This document shows, piece by piece, positions 42,741-51,857 of a DNA stretch of 64,000 nt. This stretch comes from an uncultured Candidatus Saccharibacteria bacterium. Lineage in GTDB: Bacteria; Patescibacteriota; Saccharimonadia; Saccharimonadales; SZUA-47. Made by a program: the position numbers and the translations under genes. The notes under the pieces were generated by a model. That model saw only the letters and a list, made by a program, of their open reading frames with translations, did no database searches and had not been told where the DNA came from. The stretch spans positions 149,643-213,642 of the forward strand of contig CAZHXX010000001.1 in the NCBI GenBank assembly GCA_964536485.1. The letters run 5' to 3'. The first letter of the stretch is position 1. Every line of letters starts with the position of its first letter.

Positions 42741-43589
42741 ATGTTCAAGCGATTCTTGTCTCATCTGCTGATTTCTTTGGCTGTCTTTGTGCTCACGGCA
42801 ACGTTCTTTATGTGGACGGTAGACGGTAGAGTTCTTGAGCCGGGCATTTTGTCTGGCGAGCTAAGAAAAGCTGGTGTTTCGCAAGAGTTTTCAAACCTAT
42901 TGCCTCAAATAATTACGACAGATTCTGATTCTTCACCTATAGAAAAAGCTGAGATGGCGCAAAAAGTTTCTCAAGCGATTACTGCGCGGTACGTTGACCA
43001 AAAGATTGGACAAATTACTGACTCGATACTCACTTTTGTAAAAGCAGGAGAGCCACAGCCCGTCATTGATCTTAGTGACTTTCCGAACCAGCTTCAGAAT
43101 GCCGGAGTAGAGGTAGGGGATGAAATAAATGACAAATTTGATGAACCAATCAAACTTAATGAAAACGGGGCTATGGATAAGGTGACGGATGCATACAGGA
43201 TATTTGGGTACATTAAATATGCAGGGATTGCTCTCTTTTTGGCGGTTTTATTACTTGAGTGGTACATAAGTGAACGAGGCAAAAAACTACGACGCATCAG
43301 TAGAATCTTTCTGTACTCTGGGGCTTCCTACCTCATCTATTGGGGCCTTCTTGTGGGTGCACCTGGACGGCTGGCTACGACTTTGCAGAAAAATGTTCAG
43401 GCTGAATATGACACAACTGCTCTTATCGACGCAATAATGAAGGCGTTTCGGGGGCTTTTTGCCGGCTACTTCTTGAGCTTTGCGGTGGTATGCCTTGGGG
43501 TCACAGTAGTACTCTATATTATCCGTCACTATAAACATGGCGATGTGGCACTTGCCACTCCTAACGCGTCAACCACGTCAAAAAGATAG
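42741..43589 (+). CDS. membrane protein, hypothetical
   Basis: N-terminal TM, soluble middle region, three C-terminal TM helices. GAGGAG upstream. Confidence 0.6.
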   Translation: MFKRFLSHLLISLAVFVLTATFFMWTVDGRVLEPGILSGELRKAGVSQEFSNLLPQIITTDSDSSPIEKAEMAQKVSQAITARYVDQKIGQITDSILTFVKAGEPQPVIDLSDFPNQLQNAGVEVGDEINDKFDEPIKLNENGAMDKVTDAYRIFGYIKYAGIALFLAVLLLEWYISERGKKLRRISRIFLYSGASYLIYWGLLVGAPGRLATTLQKNVQAEYDTTALIDAIMKAFRGLFAGYFLSFAVVCLGVTVVLYIIRHYKHGDVALATPNASTTSKR

Positions 43590-43615
43590 CGCAGACGCTC
43601 TGCTACAATGGGCTC

Positions 43616-44428
43616 ATGAATACAACAACTTTGTCAAACGGAGAAGTATTACCTTTACTAGGACTTGGCTTGTGGAAAGTAACTGAGTCGAAGGACGCAA
43701 GCACTGCGGTGCAAGCGGCTCTTAAAATTGGGTATACTCATTTTGATAGCGCACAGATTTACGGTAATGAAGCACTTCTGGGCGAAGCGCTTAAAGTAGC
43801 GGGGGTGAAGCGAGAAGACGTGTTTATTACGACAAAAATATGGAACGATAATTTTTGGCCAGGTGACCTGGAAGAAAGTTTTGAGCAATCACTAAAAAAT
43901 TTACAAACTGACTATGTTGATTTGCTGTTGCTACACTTTCCAGTGACCGAAACACGACGAATTGCTTGGACAAGTCTTGAGAAGCTGTATAAAGATGGCA
44001 AGGCCAAGGCTATTGGCGTGAGCAACTTTACAATTAAGCACCTGGAAGAAATGAAAGAATGGGCAACCGTTACGCCGCATGTTAACCAAGTTGAACTACA
44101 TGTGTTTTTGCAACAACCAGAGCTTCTTGCTTACTGCAAGCAAAATAACATTTTGGTTGAGGCATATTCACCACTTGCACACGGGCATGGACTAGATAAT
44201 GCTTTGCTTAAAGAAATTGCAAAAAAGCATGGAAAGACCAGCGCTCAAATTATGATTCGCTGGTGTTTGGACTCCGGGACGGTGCCATTGCCTAAATCGA
44301 CAACCCCAGAGCGAATTGTTGAAAACGCCGATGTCTTTGACTTTAGCCTTGATGCAGAAGATATGAAAAAGCTAAAGAGCCTCGATAAGAACTTAAGAAC
44401 CTGTTGGGACCCTACCAACATACCATAA
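43616..44428 (+). CDS. aldo/keto reductase (2,5-diketo-D-gluconate reductase-like)
   Basis: GLGLWKV...HFDSAQIYGNE...ITTKIW...LLLHFP...NQVELH. Confidence 0.88.
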   Translation: MNTTTLSNGEVLPLLGLGLWKVTESKDASTAVQAALKIGYTHFDSAQIYGNEALLGEALKVAGVKREDVFITTKIWNDNFWPGDLEESFEQSLKNLQTDYVDLLLLHFPVTETRRIAWTSLEKLYKDGKAKAIGVSNFTIKHLEEMKEWATVTPHVNQVELHVFLQQPELLAYCKQNNILVEAYSPLAHGHGLDNALLKEIAKKHGKTSAQIMIRWCLDSGTVPLPKSTTPERIVENADVFDFSLDAEDMKKLKSLDKNLRTCWDPTNIP

Positions 44429-44437
44429 GGAGTTTGC

Positions 44438-44857
44438 ATGACAATGAAGAAGTTTTTTGTAGGGGTGAAGGCAGTAATCCATGATGAGCAAAAGGGCTAT
44501 CTTTTACTACAACGAGCAAGCCATGATGCGGCACCGGGGCACTGGGACATGCCTGGTGGCCGTATAGAAGATAATGAAAGCTTTGGTGAAGCTCTTAGCC
44601 GTGAAATTGCCGAGGAACTTCCTGGAAGCTCACTTGTCTCTGTGGGAGACCTGTTAGGGTCGTTTCGGCTACCGTTTGATGTTTCTGAAGATACCGGGCT
44701 GGTACTTCTCTTTTTTGAAGTAAAGGCAAAGCTTCCGAAAGAGGTTGTATTAAGCGAAGAACACCAAGCTTACTTATGGGTTAAGCAAAAAGTAGATATC
44801 CCCGATGACGGGGTAAACGAAGAGCTGAAGCGAATTCTTACAAAACTCGCAAGATAG
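44438..44857 (+). CDS. NUDIX hydrolase
   Basis: Nudix box GGRIEDNESFGEALSREIAEELPG. Confidence 0.85.
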   Translation: MTMKKFFVGVKAVIHDEQKGYLLLQRASHDAAPGHWDMPGGRIEDNESFGEALSREIAEELPGSSLVSVGDLLGSFRLPFDVSEDTGLVLLFFEVKAKLPKEVVLSEEHQAYLWVKQKVDIPDDGVNEELKRILTKLAR

Positions 44858-44897
44858 TATTGCATTTATGCTTATAGTGTGATATAATATAAACACT

Positions 44898-45497
44898 ATG
44901 GAGTTTACGTCGAAACTACGATGGATTTTAGTCGTCTTTATCTTGTTGTTCTTTCTTATATTTATAGGATGGGGCTTGTCTTCTATTGCCCGAAAAGTCT
45001 TCAGCAGGACCAATACAAGCCAATCTGCAGTTGAAACAACAGAGAATAAGAGCCTCGAAGGTATACGTGTTGCACGATATATTGTTGACGGGCCTGTTGT
45101 TGCCAGTGCTGATCACCGAAAGTATGTTATCGAAGTTTCTCCGAGTGTAGTGATGATGCGAGTCTATTCTGACTATGGCCAAAAAGTTATAGCAGAGAAG
45201 AGCTACACTAATAACCCTGAAGCATTTGACGCGTTTATGAAATCGCTTGAAGGCGCAAACGCTACGGCGCGATATGCAAACACAAACGAAGATGACGACA
45301 TAGCAGATACTGGGGTATGCCCTGACGGCAGACGCTTCATTGTAGAGCTTGGTAATGACGTTCGACGTTGGACAACTTCTTGTGATAGAAAACAGGGAAC
45401 AGCCGCTGGCAAAATGACGACGATGCGCAAACTATTTGCAAAACAGATTCCCGATTTTGAAGCTTTGGTAAAAGATACCGAACTGAATCGTAACTAA
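44898..45497 (+). CDS. membrane-anchored hypothetical protein
   Basis: N-terminal TM (WILVVFILLFFLIFIGWGL). TATAAT at 44883-44888. Confidence 0.6.
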   Translation: MEFTSKLRWILVVFILLFFLIFIGWGLSSIARKVFSRTNTSQSAVETTENKSLEGIRVARYIVDGPVVASADHRKYVIEVSPSVVMMRVYSDYGQKVIAEKSYTNNPEAFDAFMKSLEGANATARYANTNEDDDIADTGVCPDGRRFIVELGNDVRRWTTSCDRKQGTAAGKMTTMRKLFAKQIPDFEALVKDTELNRN

Positions 45498-45526
45498 ACC
45501 TTGTTACTGCAAGCTATACTTAGTTC

Positions 45527-46108
45527 ATGACTATTCGTGCAATTATATTTGATTGCTTTGGCGTGCTTGTTTCTGGCTCGCTTGAGCAATTTATCAGCAA
45601 ACATTTAGCGCATGATGCGACATTGGTGCGACGGGCTCATGAGCTCAACGACCAGGCTAGCTTAGGTCTAATTAGCTATGAAGACCAGATAATGGGCTTT
45701 GCAGAAATGGCTAAGATACCGGCAGGTGAAGTGCATAAAGAGATGGATAAGAACCCACGTAATGAAGCTTTGCTTGCTTATATCGAAACGCATCTTTACG
45801 GTAAGTATAAGATTGGGTTTCCTTCAAATGCCTCAGATAATTGGCTAGACGACTTATTTCTGAAGAAAGACTTGGAGTTATTTGACGACTTTGTACTCTC
45901 GTATTCGGTGAAGTTAGCTAAGCCTGACCCGTTAATTTATGAGCTCGCAGCAAACAGGCTGAATGTTGAACCATCGGAGTGTGTGTTTGTTGATGATATT
46001 GAACGCTACTGCGAAGGTGCAACTGCGGTTGGTATGCAGGCTATTCAGTATTCCCATATGCAGGATTTCAAGCTTAAGCTAGAAGAGCTCACTGCTCATT
46101 GTCATTAG
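45527..46108 (+). CDS. HAD-family hydrolase (paralog 4)
   Basis: IRAIIFDCFGVLV, KPD...FVDD. TATACT at 45515-45520. Confidence 0.85.
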   Translation: MTIRAIIFDCFGVLVSGSLEQFISKHLAHDATLVRRAHELNDQASLGLISYEDQIMGFAEMAKIPAGEVHKEMDKNPRNEALLAYIETHLYGKYKIGFPSNASDNWLDDLFLKKDLELFDDFVLSYSVKLAKPDPLIYELAANRLNVEPSECVFVDDIERYCEGATAVGMQAIQYSHMQDFKLKLEELTAHCH

Positions 46109-46344
46109 TAGCCAATGTGAATAATGAGGCGTTTTTCTAGCTGGCAGGCTTCGGCAATTGCTTCGGTGTCAACGCGCACTTTATGGGCGTATGCGGCGCC
46201 AGGCACCGTAACCAAGTAGTGCGAACGACTTGTTCGAACTTGTATTTCTATGCCGTAGTGTTCACGTGCATAGGCTTTTAGCGCCTGCACTTGCGGAGGC
46301 TCATTTGGTCGTTTGTCTTGTAACATGTCTTGCAATGACTGCAT
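46105..46344 (-). CDS. small hypothetical protein, possibly DUF721/DciA-like
   Basis: 79 aa. HYLVTVPGAAYAHKVRVDTEAIAEA resembles the DUF721 pattern (weak). Confidence 0.45.
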   Translation of the reverse strand: MQSLQDMLQDKRPNEPPQVQALKAYAREHYGIEIQVRTSRSHYLVTVPGAAYAHKVRVDTEAIAEACQLEKRLIIHIGY

Positions 46345-46375
46345 ATGTACTAGTATAACGCGCTACACTGTAGGT

Positions 46376-47269
46376 ATGCCTGAATTACCAGAAGTAGAAA
46401 CCGTAAAGCGCGGACTAGAAAAACTAATTATTGGTCGAAGCATTGCTTCGGTTACTTACGATACGGCTAAGAGTTTTCCGAATGCGCCAGCAGACGTAGA
46501 TGAATTCATGGTAGGTGCAGAGATCAAGGAAGTTCGACGGCGTGCTAAAGTTTTGTTGATAGATTTAAGCACGGCATACACATTAGTTATTCATTTGAAG
46601 ATGACAGGACAGCTCGTGTACCGTGGTGAATCAGATTTTGGTGCAGGGCACCCTAATGATTCACTTATTGGCGAGCTCCCAGACAGATCGACACGTGTTG
46701 TTATCAGCTTTAAAGACTCTTCAAAGCTATTTTTTAATGATCAACGTAAGTTTGGATGGGTCCGGCTTCTTCCGACGGTGCAAGTACCCGAGATAGACTT
46801 CTTTAAGAAGGTTGGCCCAGAGCCTCTATCAGATGATTTCACGCCGAGCATTTTTATTGAGCGAATACAAAAGCGCGCAAATACAACTATAAAGGCAGCA
46901 CTACTAGACCAAACAGTGTTAGCGGGGGTAGGAAATATTTATGCCGATGAGAGTTTGTGGGGAGCATGCCTACACCCTGCAGCACGGGTGCGTGACATTT
47001 CCGAGAAGCAACTAAGAAAATTGTATGACGAATTGCGGTTTGTTCTAATCCTTTCTATAGAAAAAGGTGGAAGCACGGACAGAAATTATGTTAACGCTGA
47101 GGGTAAAAAGGGGAGCTATATAGACTTTGCACGAGTGTTTCGACGAGAGAACCAGCCTTGTCCTCGTTGTAAGAGCATAATTGAGAAGTCAAAAGTTGCT
47201 GGGCGCGGAACGCACACGTGCCCAAATTGCCAGAAGCAAGAAGCAGAAAATATAGAAAATAGAAAATGA
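46376..47269 (+). CDS. mutM: formamidopyrimidine-DNA glycosylase
   Basis: MPELPEVETV N-terminus, H2TH domain, C-terminal CPRC...CPNC zinc finger. ATG at 46376, 6 nt after TACACT. Confidence 0.93.
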   Translation: MPELPEVETVKRGLEKLIIGRSIASVTYDTAKSFPNAPADVDEFMVGAEIKEVRRRAKVLLIDLSTAYTLVIHLKMTGQLVYRGESDFGAGHPNDSLIGELPDRSTRVVISFKDSSKLFFNDQRKFGWVRLLPTVQVPEIDFFKKVGPEPLSDDFTPSIFIERIQKRANTTIKAALLDQTVLAGVGNIYADESLWGACLHPAARVRDISEKQLRKLYDELRFVLILSIEKGGSTDRNYVNAEGKKGSYIDFARVFRRENQPCPRCKSIIEKSKVAGRGTHTCPNCQKQEAENIENRK

Positions 47270-47300
47270 ATTACAGGGTTGAGTACTATACACTGGTGCT

Positions 47301-48209
47301 ATGATACGAACTTTGACGGGGAAGAATAGCTATAAATTGCACGCATATTTGCAAGAGCGCGTGGATGATGTATTGGCTAGATCTGGCGAACTTGCGATAG
47401 AGCGTCATGATGCCTCAGAAGCAAGCGTCGATACCGTATTGCAAGCGGTGCAAAGTCTCCCTTTTTTGGTTGAACAAAAACTTGTGATTATTTCTAATAT
47501 ACAAGCAAACTCACCGCTTATGGAACGACTCGCAGAGCTTGTAGAACGCGTGGCAGAGGGTGTGGAGGTGTTGCTCGTTGACCCAAGTCTAGATAAGCGA
47601 AAAGCTGGCTACAAGCTACTGCAAAAACAGACAGAGCTTCATGATTTTGTTGAACCGTCATCACGTGATCTGCCCGGCTGGCTGGTCGCTGAAGCCAAGC
47701 GCCTGGGAGCTGAACTTAGTTTAGCTGATGCACAGTACTTGGCAGATCGGGTGGGGGCTAACCAGCAGTTGCTCGCAAACGAATTGCAAAAGCTTTGCAC
47801 CTACGAACCAAAGATCACACGCATGACAATTGAATTGCTTACGGAACAGAGCCTGCAGAGTACTATTTTTTCGCTGCTAGATGCGGCTTTTGCTGGGAAT
47901 GTAAAAAAGGCCGTTGAAATGTATCGTGAGCAACGTAAAGCCAGAATCGAACCACATTACATCTTGGCGATGATGGTGTGGCAGCTCCAATCACTATCCC
48001 TTGCTGTGTATGCGTCGGATGCGTCAGAAGGTAGTCTCGTGGCCACGGGTATGTCACCGTTTACCGCACGAAAAGTGCTAGCGCTTGCACGAGGCAAATC
48101 GAAAGCGGATATAAAGAAAATGGTAGTGGCACTCACTGAGCTTGACGCTCAAATAAAAACCAGCGCCGATGCCGACGCTGGTGTAGAACTCTATTTAATG
48201 AGTCTTTAG
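47301..48209 (+). CDS. holA: DNA polymerase III delta subunit
   Basis: Length and pattern (LPFLVEQKLVII..., LANELQKL) are typical of HolA. Confidence 0.8.
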   Translation: MIRTLTGKNSYKLHAYLQERVDDVLARSGELAIERHDASEASVDTVLQAVQSLPFLVEQKLVIISNIQANSPLMERLAELVERVAEGVEVLLVDPSLDKRKAGYKLLQKQTELHDFVEPSSRDLPGWLVAEAKRLGAELSLADAQYLADRVGANQQLLANELQKLCTYEPKITRMTIELLTEQSLQSTIFSLLDAAFAGNVKKAVEMYREQRKARIEPHYILAMMVWQLQSLSLAVYASDASEGSLVATGMSPFTARKVLALARGKSKADIKKMVVALTELDAQIKTSADADAGVELYLMSL

Positions 48210-48224
48210 ACTATTTCTTGGCAG

Positions 48225-48593
48225 CTACTTTTTTAGCTGGTGCTTTTTTGCGGTAGTCTTTTTAGCAGGTGATGCCTTCTTGGCTGCAGGTTTTTCGGTA
48301 GGCTTTGCGACTTTCTTTGTTACCGTACGGGTTCCGCCAGTTGTTTTTTTGGCTGCGCTATTGAGCTGGCTTTTCTTGCGAGCTGCCTTATTCTTGCTCA
48401 TAATGCCTTTTTTGACGGCTGTGTCGATTGCGCTTTGTGCTGCAATTTGTGCTTCATCAACTTTTTTGCCTGATGTAAGCGCATTCTGGAAAGCTTTTAG
48501 TGTTGCGCGCAATCCTTTTTTTGTTCGGGCGTTTTGCACGCTCTTTGATGTGGTTACTTTTACACGCTTTTTTGCTGATTTAATAATTGGCAT
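48225..48593 (-). CDS. rpsT: 30S ribosomal protein S20 with Lys/Ala-rich C-terminal extension
   Basis: MPIIKSAKKRVKVTTSKSVQNARTK... AAGGAG lies 11 nt upstream. The ORF-track N-terminal extension is rejected. Confidence 0.9.
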   Translation of the reverse strand: MPIIKSAKKRVKVTTSKSVQNARTKKGLRATLKAFQNALTSGKKVDEAQIAAQSAIDTAVKKGIMSKNKAARKKSQLNSAAKKTTGGTRTVTKKVAKPTEKPAAKKASPAKKTTAKKHQLKK

Positions 48594-48789
48594 GGGTGAG
48601 ATTTCTCCTTGTCCTGTGGATAACCGCAGAAACATCGTTATTAGGTACTTATATTTCAGACAATTATACCGGATATAAACAAGGATGTAAAGTGTTGCAC
48701 CCCTGCCGTTTGCAGGGCTTGACAAAAAACTGGACAGACTGACAAAAATAGTGGTACGATTATTACCGTAAGCGATAAAAAATCAAAAA

Positions 48790-50532
48790 ATGCAAAATCC
48801 AAACATACCACAAGTGTTAAAAACGTTGAAGGAAGCCAACTGCGTCTTGGTGACGGTTAAGAATGGTCCGACAGTTGATGAGTTATCGGCAGCGATCGCG
48901 TTAACTTTGATGCTGAACCATCTAAATAAGCACGCGGTAACAGTCTTTAGTGGACGCGTTCCATCAATGCTTGAATTTTTGCAGCCAGAGATGGCAATTG
49001 ATACGACTACTGACAGTTTGCGAGATTTTATTATCGCTCTCGATAAGTCAAAAGCTGACAAGTTGCGGTATAAAGTCGAAGATAACGTGGTTCGTATATT
49101 TATTACGCCATACAAAACATCCATTACTGACAAAGACCTAGAATTTAGCCAAGGAGATTTTAACGTTGATGCAGTGGTTGCCCTTGGTGTTGTAACAAAA
49201 GAAGATTTTGATCAGGCGGTAACAGCACACGGCAGAATCTTGCACGATGCAACGGTTGTTGCACTCACCAACCATGACGTTATCAGCCAAATTGGGGCCA
49301 TAAACTGGCAAGAGCAACTTGCAAGTAGTGTCTCTGAGATGGTTGCAATGCTTACGGACGGCTTGGGCCCTGAAGTCCTAGACGCACAAGTTGCTACGGC
49401 ACTTATGACCGGTATTATTGCTGAGACAGATCGTTTTAGGAACTCATCGACGACACCAGAGGTTATGTCAATAAGTGCAAAGCTTATGGCAGCTGGAGCA
49501 AACCAGCAACTTATTGCGGAAAAACTCGAAGAGCCAGATATGGGAAGCGTTGCACGACCACTTTCATATAACGAAGCAACTAAGGATGCCGATGATGGTG
49601 CTCTAGAAATTGTTCATGATGAGAGTGATGAGGTGCAAAACATCCATATCGACGACGCAGGGAACCTTGCCTTACCGTCAACTCCTGATGAAGACATGCC
49701 TCATATTGCGACAGAAGAAGCGCCAGCTGAAGCACCAAGCTTAGTGCCAATGCCTCCTTCGGCTGTTGATGACCAACAACTGCCGTCGTCGCGTTCTTAT
49801 ATAGAGCCAGCTCGGCCTCCTCAGTTGTATGCCCAAGACGACAGTGGGAGCGTATCTGCCCAGCCACTGCTCGATACGCCACTTGTTTCTGTACCAGAGC
49901 GAACTATTGCAACTCCTCAAGAAGCGCCACTCATGCCTATGGAGCCTCGTCATAAGGTAATAGCCCCACTGCCTGAAGGTGAAGAGCACGGGAGTTATGG
50001 GCGAGCCTTTGTGCCACCTTCTGAGCCACCAGCTCCAAGTCCTTATGACCCGACTGCACCACCACCTGCTCCTTTGCGGGGTGAACCAGAACCACCAGCT
50101 TCTGAAGAACACAGTGTAGCGCCACCACCACCTATCCCAGCACCTAGTGCGATGCCAGCATCTACTGGGTTTATTGAAACGCCTGTTGCGCCTCTTGTCC
50201 CAGAACAAGGGCAAACGCTTAGTGATATAGAACAGGCAGTCGGAAGCCCGCATGCGGAAAGTAGTGACAGCACAACTAATTCAGTGGACAGCTTTCTTGG
50301 AACGACACGACCAACTAGTGAAGAAGCGCCAGTAGCAGAACCAGCTCCTACAGAAGCACAGAACGAGACAAAACAAGAAGAGAAGCAGGAAGAAACACCA
50401 CCAGAACCTCCAAAGGTGCAAGATCCAAATGCGCCACCAGAGGTGCCACCACCACTTATGCCGGCACCAACACAGCCTCAGTTCTATGACCAAGACGGTA
50501 ACAGTGCTAATCCCTTTTTGAACCCTAACTAA
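48790..50532 (+). CDS. DHH-like (NrnA-type fold, motifs degenerate) N-domain fused to a long Pro-rich disordered tail
   Basis: N-terminal ~250 aa resemble the DHH/DHHA1 layout, but the H/D metal motifs are replaced (VTVKNGPTVDELSAAIAL). The C-terminal ~300 aa are rich in P/A/E/S. Confidence 0.6.
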   Translation: MQNPNIPQVLKTLKEANCVLVTVKNGPTVDELSAAIALTLMLNHLNKHAVTVFSGRVPSMLEFLQPEMAIDTTTDSLRDFIIALDKSKADKLRYKVEDNVVRIFITPYKTSITDKDLEFSQGDFNVDAVVALGVVTKEDFDQAVTAHGRILHDATVVALTNHDVISQIGAINWQEQLASSVSEMVAMLTDGLGPEVLDAQVATALMTGIIAETDRFRNSSTTPEVMSISAKLMAAGANQQLIAEKLEEPDMGSVARPLSYNEATKDADDGALEIVHDESDEVQNIHIDDAGNLALPSTPDEDMPHIATEEAPAEAPSLVPMPPSAVDDQQLPSSRSYIEPARPPQLYAQDDSGSVSAQPLLDTPLVSVPERTIATPQEAPLMPMEPRHKVIAPLPEGEEHGSYGRAFVPPSEPPAPSPYDPTAPPPAPLRGEPEPPASEEHSVAPPPPIPAPSAMPASTGFIETPVAPLVPEQGQTLSDIEQAVGSPHAESSDSTTNSVDSFLGTTRPTSEEAPVAEPAPTEAQNETKQEEKQEETPPEPPKVQDPNAPPEVPPPLMPAPTQPQFYDQDGNSANPFLNPN

Positions 50533-50586
50533 AAAAATCTAAAGTGTAATTTCTTGTTCTTGAGCAAATAGGAGATACTGTTTTCT

Positions 50587-51285
50587 ATGAACGGACTACT
50601 GTATATAGATAAGCCAGAAGGCTGGACTTCTTTCGACGTCGTGAATTATGTTCGCCGTATGGTGACACGACTAGAAGGTAAAAAGCCTCGTAATGTGAAG
50701 GTTGGGCATACTGGTACACTTGACCCGGCGGCTACAGGGTTACTAGTGCTTTGTGTCGGTAAGGCTACAAAACAAGTTGAGTCACTCATGAAACAAGACA
50801 AAGTTTATGAGGTGGAACTCACTCTAGGTAAGGTAAGCACCACAGAAGATAAAGAGGGAGTTATTACTGATAGCGAGCCAAAGACTGAGGGCTGGGAAGT
50901 GCCGACACTATATGAGGTGCAGGTAGTGGTGGCAACTTTTGTTGGAGAAATAGAACAAACCCCACCAATATTTAGTGCGATTAAGATTGACGGTAAACGA
51001 GCATACGACTTGGCTCGAGCGGGTAAGCCAGTGCCGATTAAGAGCAGAGTGGTCAAGATATACGAGATCTCTGAGCTTTCGTATGACTACCCGGAACTGC
51101 GGTTTAAAGCTCATGTTGGCAGTGGGACGTATATCCGTTCTCTGGCGAGAGATATAGGTGAAAAACTTGGGTGCGGTGCTTATATGAGCAACTTGCGACG
51201 AGTAAGCATAGGGGACGTAACCCTGGCCGAAGCATATGCAGTTTCAGCGCTGACAGATGAGATTTTGCAAAAAACACTTGTCTGA
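50587..51285 (+). CDS. truB: tRNA pseudouridine(55) synthase
   Basis: GLLYIDKPEGWTSFDV...GHTGTLDPAATGLLV. Confidence 0.93.
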   Translation: MNGLLYIDKPEGWTSFDVVNYVRRMVTRLEGKKPRNVKVGHTGTLDPAATGLLVLCVGKATKQVESLMKQDKVYEVELTLGKVSTTEDKEGVITDSEPKTEGWEVPTLYEVQVVVATFVGEIEQTPPIFSAIKIDGKRAYDLARAGKPVPIKSRVVKIYEISELSYDYPELRFKAHVGSGTYIRSLARDIGEKLGCGAYMSNLRRVSIGDVTLAEAYAVSALTDEILQKTLV

Positions 51286-51317
51286 ACAGATGAGACGTGC
51301 TATAGTATTACTCAACA

Positions 51318-51575
51318 ATGACTGAAACGAAAGAAAAAAGCACGGCTAAGCGTGTCGCATCAACAGATGTCGGCTCTCCAGAAGCGCAAGTAAGCGCTAT
51401 GACAGCACGCATTAACGAGTTGACTGGTCACTTGAAAGTGAACAAAAAAGACCACATGGCTCGACGCGGACTCCTTGCTCTTGTTGGTAAGCGAAAACGA
51501 CTTTTGAAATATTTGGCATCTAGAGATAGTGCTGCATATCTCGCGCTCATTAAAAAACTCGGCCTAAGAAGATAA
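51318..51575 (+). CDS. rpsO: 30S ribosomal protein S15
   Basis: [48 protein letters not shown]. Confidence 0.95.
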   Translation: MTETKEKSTAKRVASTDVGSPEAQVSAMTARINELTGHLKVNKKDHMARRGLLALVGKRKRLLKYLASRDSAAYLALIKKLGLRR

Positions 51576-51581
51576 TTTAGC

Positions 51582-51665
51582 GCAACGCGCCCCGTTTCTC
51601 TCCAGTGCTCGCTCAACGTATTAAAATACGTCTCGTTCCGCGCTTCGAGAAACAGAACACGTTGC
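51582..51665 (+). other. 84-nt extended hairpin between rpsO and pnp
   Basis: GCAACG/CGTTGC and GTTTCTC/GAGAAAC pair around an apical ACGTATT-AA-AATACGT. No U-tract follows. Confidence 0.5.
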
Positions 51666-51857
51666 ATCTAAATTCTCATCTTAGTTAAACATATATATTT
51701 TCTTGTGACGCGTGCGTAGTTCTTCTCTTGCAGGAGATGGGTATGTGCGGGCTAGAGGCAAATAACATGTAGCTTCAGTGGTAGAGCACAGCTTGCGGTG
51801 GATGAATACGCAAACTGAACCCTGTTACTGAACTACAAAGAAGGAAAAGGATTAACA

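Noticed and set aside
1578-48725. N-terminal extensions offered by the ORF track for valS (1578), the DUF378 gene (11483), argS (16385), msrB (22428), dnaG (24819), polA (31314), the small HTH regulator (41981), mutM (46313) and rpsT (48725).
   Set aside because: The extensions start at weak or alternative codons, encode Cys/Phe/Leu-rich junk, and overlap promoters, terminators or neighbouring genes. Internal ATGs coincide with conserved protein N-termini and with -10 boxes or SD sequences.
51771-51800. tRNA-like D-arm sequence GTAGCTTCAGTGGTAGAGCAC in the pnp leader.
   Set aside because: No acceptor stem, anticodon arm or T-arm can be completed around it. It is treated as part of the pnp 5' UTR structure or a chance resemblance.
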